A model generated the notes under the pieces. The model searched no databases. It worked only from the letters and a program-made list of their open reading frames with translations, and was not told the DNA's origin. Below are positions 1-10,000 of a stretch of 20,000 nucleotides of DNA, one piece after another; position 1 is the stretch's first letter, and each line of letters begins with the position of its first letter. Source of the DNA: Yuukianura sp. NJ FZ-2021 (lineage: Eukaryota); NCBI GenBank assembly GCA_046563655.1, contig CM102283.1, positions 10,043,868-10,063,867 of the forward strand, given 5' to 3'. The translations under genes were made by a program, and so were the position numbers.

Positions 1-171
1 AAGTTATGGTAAAGAATCTACAACATCCGGATTGCCAGGAAGGAATTCTCAGTTTCAAACAGAAGAGAAAACCCAACTGGACTCATACTTCTATGGATAT
101 TTGTACAGAAACTAATTAGTACAATTGAATTCATTAAAGAGTAAGGAAGAACTTTGACTGAGGTTGTAGTA

Positions 172-3100
172 TCAGGTAGACACAACGGAATCAACAATAC
201 TTGCGGCAGTTTTGCCTGTGAGAAGAGAGTGGCATGATTTGAACTGGGCTTTCCAGAAGTGGAGACAGGAGTCCAGGGACTGGAAACACAAGTTCCTCAA
301 CCAAATCCCCTCAGCAGTCACACCCACCACCTCCTGAAACACTTTGTTCTCAAAGGGCAAGTAGGACAGGATGAACTGACCTGGTTTCCGTCTCGACGCA
401 GTGAGGACGTAGTGCGTTCTGTTCGGCTTCTTGTCCTTGACTCCCTGCAAGTACTTGGAGGCCTCTTGCAGGCTCTCGTAGTCCTCCCTCTTGAAATATT
501 TAAACCGAATCATCTCCCGCGCAAAGGCCGCCTGTGGATTCACGAACCGAACAATGATTTCATCCAAGTCCTCAAAGTCCACGTTCCCAATGGACAGCAC
601 AGACCCCAGCTCAGACTCACTCCGTTTGTCCTTCTCCACGATGTTGAGGTGCTGGACCACTCCAGGAGCCACGTTCCAACTCAACGTCAACACATCGAAC
701 CCCTACAACAATCAAAGTCAACTCAAACTATTCAAAAATGTCACAGTACCCCAACCACACTCCAAATTGAACAATACAAAGCACAATTTAACTAAACACT
801 ATAAAACATTCAAAAATGAATTTAGAAAAAACTTCTAAGCTTTTTCTAAACGTCGTTCCTTTGATTAATTTGAAATATTTCAAACTTTGTTCGTCATATT
901 GTTCAACCAATTTGGAATCTCTTGGGGTGGAATGAGATTTTTAGAAAAAAGTTAGTTTTTTGGTTGAAATGGACTGAAGTTGGATGGTTACCTTGGTGGA
1001 TGGTCGGAAGATGACGTCGCCCTGGTCCATGTCTCTCAGCATCTCTTCTGCCTCTGTGAAAGTGATGTTCTTGTAGGAGGGATGAGTGACATTTCGACGG
1101 ACGAAGCCAGGGAGGGGTTTGGCCACTTTCCTCAACTGCTTCATTCTTTCACTCTCCGCCTCTTCATCATAGTAGGGGTCCTTGATCGGCCTGGAACCAA
1201 AACCAAAGTGTGAACATTTGAACTTGTGCCATTTTGTAATTGAGATGTTACATGTATTCGTGATTGTGGAGATCGGCTGTGGTGGCGCTGGCTTTGAGGA
1301 AGAACTTGGTCGTGTCCACTGAGAGGATTCTCACTTGGATTGGAAGACGGAGAGACACGAGTCTGAGAATGTCTTGTGCCCTGGGCACTTTGTCACCCAG
1401 TTTGTCGAGGGGGATGATGCCAGTGATCCCATTGCCCAAACTAATGTGAACAGCATAAATCTCTCCTGGACAAGCGTCCAGGTCAAAGTGTTCCCACAAC
1501 TACAAACCAACAGTCAGTTAGCACATAATAAAGATAGGAGAGCAGTATTTGGACTTACACTTTCCACTTGTGGAAGATGTTGCTCACAGAAGGGGCAAAT
1601 GATGTGTCCAGTGGCAGGGTCAGTGAAGGGGTCAACCTCATTCCAGTCTTCCAAAGTAGGCTTCCGTCGTTTCACATCTAAAAACACAAATCCAAAGTTG
1701 GTTCATTGTTTTATTTTGTATTTTTGAGTGGGTAGTGTTACCGTTCATGTAGGCAGTGACCAATTTCCCCTCTCGAACAGTTTCCTCCCTTTCCTTGGTC
1801 AAAATGTAGAAGATCTGAGTAGGGTCAGGAACTTGGAATGGAGCTCTAACTTCATGGTAGGGATGAGCTAGTTCTGTGACGATGCTGTTGAGGAGGAGAG
1901 TCAAGTCTCCGTAGCCCTGTCTGCGCAGAGTGTCAATGTACTTGGTCAAATCCAGTGCCACGAGTCTGTCCAGACACTCTGGCTCCACCATCACTCGCTC
2001 CATGATGTCACAGTCACCCACAAAAGTTGACTCCTCCTCTGATGAAAGGGCGGCTCGAGCCACTGCCAGCGCAAATCCATAGTGCTGCGGATGAATTCTC
2101 GTCTGGTCTCTGGGGTCAACGATCGCACTGCAACACAACCACTATTAATCAACAACTCCAATTTTACTTTCACAATCTTACTCTTCCGGCAAAGTGTCTC
2201 TGAACCGGATGAATCCAGCAGCATTTTTGTAGACGCAAGGTCCGATTCCAAACTTGGTGGCCAAATCCGCTCTGTTTTCCACGATTCTAAACTCCTCCTT
2301 CTTTACTTTCTGAAAAAACAAAAAAAGAATTTAATTAGCCAAAGTGAAGTTGAGTAGACTAGAAAGTAAATGTAATTTGGAAGTACGCGGAGGAGAGCAG
2401 TGGCTTTGTGAAATCCAAATCCAGCGACGAACTGGAGGAGATGAGAGCGATGGGGGTGGGCGACTGCGTCGTTGATGTCCACTCCCGTCTCACAAGCACG
2501 GTTGACCATCTCCACCTCCAGGCATCGCCACAACTCCTCCTTCGCAAGGTGGCGCTGGAAGGAAGACATTGTTAGTCCAAATGATTGAGTGGATGGTTGT
2601 AAAAAGCATACCTGGTACTTGTCCAAGTGGAGACACAGAATGTCTTGGTCTCTGTTAAAAAGCTGAGCCACTTCGTGGAGAGGATCCTGGACATAACGCC
2701 CCAGAGACACCGCTTGGCGCAAGGAATCACCAGCACAAGGAAACTCCTCCTGCAAAGCTCAAATTGAAGAGAGAGCAAGAGGAGAATGGTAGTTTTACCT
2801 TGGCAGTGGCTGTGCGGGAGTACACTTTGGCCACTTCGTTGTCCAGGATGAGGACTGGAAGGACTTTGAAGTTGAGGTGAGTGTCGGGGAAGGAGAACAG
2901 AAGTTGTCTCACTTCATCCTCCAAAGTGAGAGCCCCACGACACTCCCCACCTATGACGACGACATGCGGCTTCGTCTCCTCCACCACTTGTCTCAGTCTC
3001 CCTCTGTCCTCCTCCTAAAAGTCAAAGTGCAATTCAAAATTAAAACAAAATTGTTTAATTCAAAAGTAGAAAAGTTGAGGATTTGGAAAAAGTAAAAAAG

Positions 3101-5911
3101 AAATACTTGGATTTGGTCCACGTCTTCCAAGGTTCCTCTGAATCTCCTCGTCAAAAGGTTTGTCAGAGTGATTCGTTGTTGCACAAGTCCGTTCCTGTCC
3201 AGCACGACGCAGTCCACGGGTGAATTGTGTTCATATGCAAGTGCCATCACACGAACTCCGTCTGAAGTGTCCCAGTCACCCTCCTCATTGTCCCTCTCGT
3301 ACTTGACAGTGTAAGGGGCACTCTGATATTTACAACAACATTCAGTTATTCCACTTCAATTTCAAACTATTCCACAACTTACCTTTACGAGGTCATAGAT
3401 TTTGTCACAGCACCGCTCAGAAATTCGTTTCATCGCTTTCTTGAGAAGCTGATGACGAACCTCTGCTCTCAAATCGGGGTACAAGAACTTGGTGAACGCA
3501 AGGTCAACAATCTTCTCACGAATTCCGTTCCACTCAGCCGCAACTGCGTCCTCCGAATCCTAAGGAAAAACAAACTTGACTTTTGTTCTAATTAAGAGAC
3601 ATAAGAGTTTAGTTACGGATTTGAAGAAGGTCTTGGCTTGATCCACGAGACTTTGAGCTGCGTCTCCTCTAGCCGGAATCCAAGCTCCAATTTCCATCTT
3701 GATGAGTCCCTCCTTCTCCGCTTGTGTCAGTTCCAAAAACTCTATTCCGTCCATTTCCCCAACTGGCTTCTCCTTTAAAAACTTTAGCCTAAAGGAAAAC
3801 AAAAAAACATTAAGGAACAGGAATACTACGGCGGAATTGAATAACTGAAAAGACTTACGAGAAGAGCGGATGGTTTTCGTCAATAGCAGAGAGCCCTCGG
3901 CGGGTAGGACAAACGGAAATTGTGGCCTTCTCCAGGAAAACTTTCCTCACAGTCCTTCGAACTCTGAAATCTTTTGCAAAGTTGATTGCGAGCATATGCT
4001 TGCCAGCTAATGAAACAGTCTCCGCATCCTTCCCGCATCTACAACACAAATGAGGGGATTTTAGAATTTCATTCAGTTAGCACTCTCACAAATATGAACT
4101 TACGCTGCTGCAAAAGTGTTTAAAACGTCGGCCAAAGAGACTTCCGTTTGGATGACAGAGTGGAGGAGTTTGTTGGATTCCAAGTTGTGGCCAAACTCCT
4201 CGGCAGAGAGGCCAAAGAGGGGCAGCATTCTGTGGATGCCGAGTCGGATGCAGAGTCTGTACTGGCCGCCCGTGCTCCTCTTCCAACCACTGCTCAAGGG
4301 CGCAGGTTCCACTTCCATCTCCACTTCCCTCTTCTTCATCGCCTCCCTCATCTGCCCCACTTGATCCCCATAGTAAGTGGAAAACATGCCACCAAGGTCA
4401 TCCAGCTCCACCACCGAAGTAGACCCACCAACATCCTCCACATCTTCATCCGTTATCTTCCTAATTTCATTGTCAAACAAAAACTGTTCTCCCAACCCCT
4501 CCTGATACGCCTTCATGTTGACAAAGAGCTGGAGAAGACGCTGTTGTCGCTGGTGCATTCGACAGTACTCTTCATCCAGACTGTAGATCGTCCACAGGTC
4601 ATACACACTCAGCTCCGGCTTCACCACCTCCTTTCGGTAAAAGTAAATGTAAGGCACTTCACACTTCTCATCTCGAATCAACCTCACAATCTTCTGGATC
4701 TTGCTCAGGTACGTCGTCTTCCTCCGCTTCAACTCACTCCAGTCTCTTCCTGGCCCTCCACTCACAATGGACACATCCTCATCCCAATCTTCTGCGTTCG
4801 TCACTCCAGCATCCAGGGCCTCCTTCAACACAGACGGAGCAAAGCCCTGTTTGAAGATCCACATCACTTCTTCATTCAACTCGGGCCCAGTAGGATGGAG
4901 GGGAAAACGTCGGAGTTGATAGCGCTCAGGAACGTCAGTGGAACGAATTGTGGCAGCCTCGTCACTAATCCCTGCCTCTTCCAGAAACACAGGCTCAAAC
5001 GAAGTCCCTTTACGCTTTCTGAAATTAGGACAAAATAGTTGAAACATAAAAGGAATTAAATTACAAGTGGATGTGCATACCTCCTTTGACTTTTAGTTGT
5101 GGATCTTCTCTCTTCAGGATCTCCTTCATCCGAACTAATGTCCTCTTCATAGTCAGAGCGGCTGTCGTCAGAGGAACGTTCGTTGTCGCTGTCAATGGTA
5201 CACAAGTGCCCGTAGTCAAAGTCACCCCCAAAGATTTCCTTCGCTTCTCTCACAGTTTCGTCGCTGAATTGAGGTGCAGCCGTAATTTGGCGGAGGATGG
5301 GTTGGTCGTTGTCATCTACAATAAAATTATCATCCGAATCTTCTGACTCTTCCTCCACTGACACTCGTCGCTCTCCGAGTTTCGGTCGTTTGGAACATGG
5401 CTTAGACGCAGGTTTCTGGTTCACAAAGGTCAAATGTGAGTCTCAATTAATAGATGGTAACTTGTTGAGAAAATGGTTGACTAGCCTCAGATTGTTCCTG
5501 ACTGCTCTCCTCCGAGTCTGAGTCCACAATCCGTTTCACCCGTTTGTATCGGCGCTGGACACGAATAAATGATCAACTTAAATGAAAGAGATACAAGGAA
5601 TGAATGATTTGTGACTTTGGGCTTACGCGTATCTTGACTCCGAGGTTTTCTTCCAGCAGGTCGTAGTCGTCATCCTCCAGTCGATCGTCGTCGTAATCCT
5701 CATCCTCGTCCTCACGTTGTTCCTGTTGCTCAATGTGTTTTGGTGAGGTTTGAGCGGGGACTTGGATATGGATTTTGGATGGAGACAAGACTGATGTGTC
5801 TCCTTCATCTATAGTGACGACGTCGATTATGCTGGATTCGGAATCACTCCCTCCGTCTCCTTCCGACGTGGGAAGGCGAAGATCCAGAGGTTGGTCAACA
5901 GGAAATGACAT
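172..5911 (-). CDS. SPT6: Transcription elongation factor / histone chaperone SPT6, about 17 exons, roughly 1,490 aa, diverged
   Basis: Spliced translation gives SPT6 hallmarks in order: DDRLEDDDYDLLEENLGVK, DNFIVDD, EAKEIFGGDFDY, IRSTDVPERYQLR, EVPYIYFYRKE, AVSLGRYVQDPL, GVDINDAVAHP, TRIHPQHY, ICPFCEQ, an S1-like region, and tandem SH2 (VIFRPSTK, FEDLDEIIVRFVNP, PGQFILSYLP). Intron phases were followed by hand and stay in frame to TGA at 172-174. One donor near 5485 is ambiguous. Confidence 0.95.
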
Positions 5912-6894
5912 TGAATCGGAGTTGCTCTTAACCACGGCTACAACGTACACAAAGTGGAGAATTAGTTGAATACTTACACTAAAGGGGGCCAGTAGTGGAA
6001 TTGATGTTAATTACCTGATTTACTGCCACAAGTTACATACAACGATTGATCCTCTTTCCTCTGCCAACTGAAGATTACGAAAACTGAAAAGAAAAGGAGA
6101 TGAGTGGTTTACGGAATGCAATGATAGAAAGAGCATTCCAAGGCCAAAATACCCGCCGGAAAAAAAAACTAAACAAAAGAGACGGGTCAGTCCAGTTGGC
6201 GCCCAAAGAGCACCGTCACTTTTTTAACTCAAACAAAAAGTACAACTCATAAGAACAATCACTAATTAACTTTCCTTTACTTTCAAGCCAGACGATCTTG
6301 CCAGTAGTGTAATTAATCCACTCAGCAGTGTCACTCTTTCTTTTTTCTTCTTCTCAAATTCCCTTTCCTTTTCAACGCTTTACTCTCCGTATCCGGCGGG
6401 CGGGAACTTCAAAATTTTGAATTTTCTTCTTGTACATAGTTGCTCATTTTCAGAGCGGCACCCTGAACGAAACGGTCTTTGCCAAAAATAATAACCAACC
6501 GCTCATTTCCGCTTCGTTTCCACAAGATTAAGTGTCAAAATCTCGTTGGATTTGATTTTATCTGAACATAAGAATGAGCTAATTATGAGTGACTTTAATT
6601 TTACTACTCTGAATAATTACAATTACTTCACTGTTGTGTTCTGAAGTCGGGGATGCGTCCGGTACCGAGAGCGGTCCTGGTTTTATCGTTTCGAGTGGGT
6701 TGCCGCTTTTGTGCTTAACAGTTGTGCTTCTCTCTTCCCAAATTTTTAATTTTGTAAAACAAGTAAGGATTAAATGTCAAAGTTTTCAATGGAAAACAGA
6801 AAGTAATTGAGTGAAAACGTTGATTTGGGGAATGTTCCAAGAATGGTATGGTTGTTGGTGTGGGTCAGTTTAGGAAGTGCGTAAGTGTGGTCTA
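5912..6894. promoter_or_regulatory. Divergent (head-to-head) intergenic/promoter region with E2F-like sites
   Basis: About 1 kb between two outward-facing ATGs. Contains TTGGCGCCCAAA (6196-6207) and GGCGGGCGGGAACTTCAAAATTTTGAA (6395-6421). Confidence 0.5.
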
Positions 6895-8971
6895 ATGGCC
6901 GTAAGTTCCAAGAGCGGGACAAGGACGTTGAGCTGGAGTGACGAGATTGGGTTGTTGCCCCTCTTCATTACGCTTCTCCTTCCGGTCGTGATTGGGGTCA
7001 TTGTGCTTGTGAAATGCGTGTGGAATCAGTGCTGCCTTCGAAAGACAACTGCCAAGTAAGGGTCTACTGAGTAACGCTACTTGAACACATCACTCACTCT
7101 AACTCTAATTCCAGGTCATACACGGTCAAGCCCACTCTCAAGTCTTGGAGAGGGACAGAAACACAGGAAAACACTCGTGCAGCAACGGAAGGAAAGGATG
7201 CTGAGCCAAGCACAAGCGGAAGTAGTCGTGTTCCACCTACAGCCCAACACATTGTGCACAATTCCTTGGACTTGCCTCCAGCGGAAGAAGAGGATCGCCC
7301 TATTCCCCCTCGGAGGAGTGGAAGTGGGCAGTGGAGACGAATGGTGGGAGCTCAAGGGACTCAAAACAGTACAAATGTAGGGACTTCATTATGGAAATGC
7401 ATGGGACACTGTTCCTAACCAATGTTTTCACTTGCAGGATAACCAAGTGAACTTCTCGGGTGATTCTCAAGATTCTCGCGGGTACACGGAGTTCAGTGGA
7501 CGAGGACCCCAGCAGAACTCCAGACAGGGTGACCCACACTACGTGACTGTCTCAGACGACTCGGGTAACAACCATTTACTCTCCCTCAACAACGTTCTCA
7601 TTTGACATTGACTTGATCATTGTACAGAGGAAATGTATGCTGCCATAGAAGGAGAGGGGAACTACATGCGGATTCCTGGAGATGACTCTAGGCACTGGCA
7701 AGGTAACTACACAATTTCCACTTCCCTAAACACGAAAATAATACTCGTCATTTTTGATTCCAAAAGTAGAGAGACGGGAAGGAAACTCTCCTCTGCCACC
7801 AGTCCCTCCACCCATTTCACCAGCATTCCTCACATCAGCCGCACAACTAGCTCAGCCACCATCCCTTCCTCCGTCTCTGGACCCCATCGTCCCACCAATC
7901 TATGCACAAGTGACGAAAACCAAAAAGTCAGGTCCCACCAAACATTGTGATGTGTCCAGTACTACGGCCTCCACTTCTAGTCAAATCCCATCAACCACAA
8001 CTACGCAATCACCCTGTCCTCAACCTTCGTCTTCGTCTCACAAGCGACACAATCACACTCAAGTCGTGTCGGATGGTGCAGAAGGGTGTACAGAGATTCG
8101 ACGGTGGTCAAAGGCTGATATTAATTACTCTGAATTCGAAGTGATTCGAGAGGCCCCCTTTGCTTCCAAACCAACAACGTCCACTGGAGTGGACCTTCTG
8201 GATGAAGACAACTACAACATTGTGGCCGAAGTGAGAACGACAGCACGCCTTCCTTCTCGTCGGCGGCCTGAGAGCGTCCCAATCGCTTCTTGCAGCAGAA
8301 CACTCCCGTATCCAACGACCAGCAACAGCATTCTCCACCATCCCTATGCCGAAATTTCCAATTCACCCCCTCTCCCTCCTCTGGACACGACTGTCCATTC
8401 CAGAACTGAAGATGGACACTACTCCACGGTGGAGCGGAGTGGAGAGTGTTGGAAGGATCCATCCCACCATCCCTACACAGAACTGACCAACAGAACTCCC
8501 ACCGACCACTACCAACAAATCGGAGAGAGAGGGGGGAAGCGGAACAACGTCTACCAGAAGATTAGGCGCAGAGGAGCGGAGGAGTCTGAGGAGGATGAAG
8601 AGGACGAAATGTATGAGAAGGTCAAGGGCCCCCCTCTGCCCACTCATGGGAATCCAAGTGCTCTCAAACACGGCTATGAAAAGATCAAGCGGAAAGGAGA
8701 GAGTGAGGATGGTTCCAGTTCCTTCCCACCCGCCCTTCCTCCGGAGTCTGATGAAGACGGGAGTTTGTACGAACAGGTCAAGTACACACCGCCCTATGAA
8801 CGACTCCAGGAGTCTGCCGAGGACTTGGACAAGAGGAAGGAGTCGAGTGGCAAGAGTCCATGCGTAGCAGAGGCAGTGCATGGTCCTACTCCGCTCCTCC
8901 ACGACAATGTATCCAATCTCTACGCTCGTGTGGACCTCACCAAAAAGAAACGAAACACGATTCACCCTTAA
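6895..8971 (+). CDS. Single-pass transmembrane, tyrosine-motif-rich adaptor-like protein, 5 exons, about 600 aa
   Basis: Exons about 6895-7055, 7115-7343, 7438-7564, 7628-7702 and 7767-8971 join in frame through GT-AG introns. Short N-terminus, hydrophobic IGLLPLFITLLLPVVIGVIVLV, then KCVWNQCC, then a Pro/Ser-rich tail in which 17 of 20 Tyr are YxxPhi. Confidence 0.75.
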
Positions 8972-9490
8972 ACTCCGCATGCGTATTTGAATGTTAAGTT
9001 AATAGAATAGTTGCAAGAGATTATGTGTAAGTTAGTAACGCTAACCTCTCATCCTCTACAGTCTAATTAATTACCTAACTTAGGTTTCATTGTATTCCTC
9101 TTTTTGTACTGCGACAATTGAGAAGGGAATTAAAAGAAGAATGATTGGGAGAGCTAACATGGGATTTTATTAATTTTGTAAACTGGATCGTGATGAGTAT
9201 AGATGAGTGTGTGATCCTAATCCAGTCCGAGTACTTTCCTCCGAACAGCTGACAGCCTGTGTGACACAATGGAATCTCTTCCTACTAGGTAACACAACAT
9301 TCATAGCAACAACCTAACCAATTGGTAGTAAACCATTCGGTCGTTATAAGAAAGGGTGCGGTGGTTACACTTTGTGTGTACAAAAGGTATTACATTCATT
9401 TATTGCAACCTCGTAGAACCTTCTGGAAGGTGTCTCCTCTGGCGAGGATTTGTTCAAAGTTTTGGTTGTGTTTTGCGGAGCGTGGACAAG

Positions 9491-9856
9491 AGCGGACGTC
9501 TATCTGTTGTCATTCTCAATTAACTGCTTAATTTTATCCAGGGGTCGGTGGAAATCAATAATCGGTAAGTTACACTGGAAGGTCAAAGTGACCTTTAGTT
9601 TTCGCATGCAATAATTTCATAGTAATTCTTGTGGGATGGATCTCATATCCTATGCATTGAGATTATCAATTAAATCAAGGAACAGTGCACTTCCTTTACA
9701 ATTTTCAATTAATCAAGTTCTAATGAGTCTTTGCTTGTACAGGTGGAGTTATCGAGTGGTTGCAGTCGACTCTCGACTGGAGTGGACGTCTTTGTCATTC
9801 TGATTAATTTCATCCAGGGATCCGTGGAAATCAATTAATCGGCATTCGGTAAGTCA
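9491..9856 (+). repeat. Diverged direct repeat, two ~75-80 bp copies (about 9491-9572 and 9781-9856), probably duplicated 5'UTR mini-exons
   Basis: Both copies read GGACGTCT..TTGTCATTCT..TTAATTT(T/C)ATCCAGGG(G/A)TC(G/C)GTGGAAATCAAT..TCGGTAAGT, an acceptor-like CAG followed by a GTAAGT donor. Confidence 0.7.
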
Positions 9857-10000
9857 ATTAACCTTCACTCCCTCACAATTCAACTTTCGTATCCGCTGCC
9901 CTTGTGGATGTAAAGTAGGGAAGTACCGGTGGACATTAGTTAATATTCTTAACCCATTCTGTTCTGTTGCAGGTACTAAACTTTGGTAATTGTTAATCAA

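Noticed and set aside
4148-5038. 296-aa plus-strand ORF (also 259-795 and other short ones)
   Set aside because: Antisense shadows of SPT6 exons, with no recognisable protein features.
8363-8980. 205-aa minus-strand ORF
   Set aside because: Antisense to the long last exon of the adaptor-like gene.
9763-9779. Small hairpin CAGTCGA-CTC-TCGACTG as a transposon end or ncRNA
   Set aside because: Only a 7-bp stem, no partner terminus, and compatible with chance.
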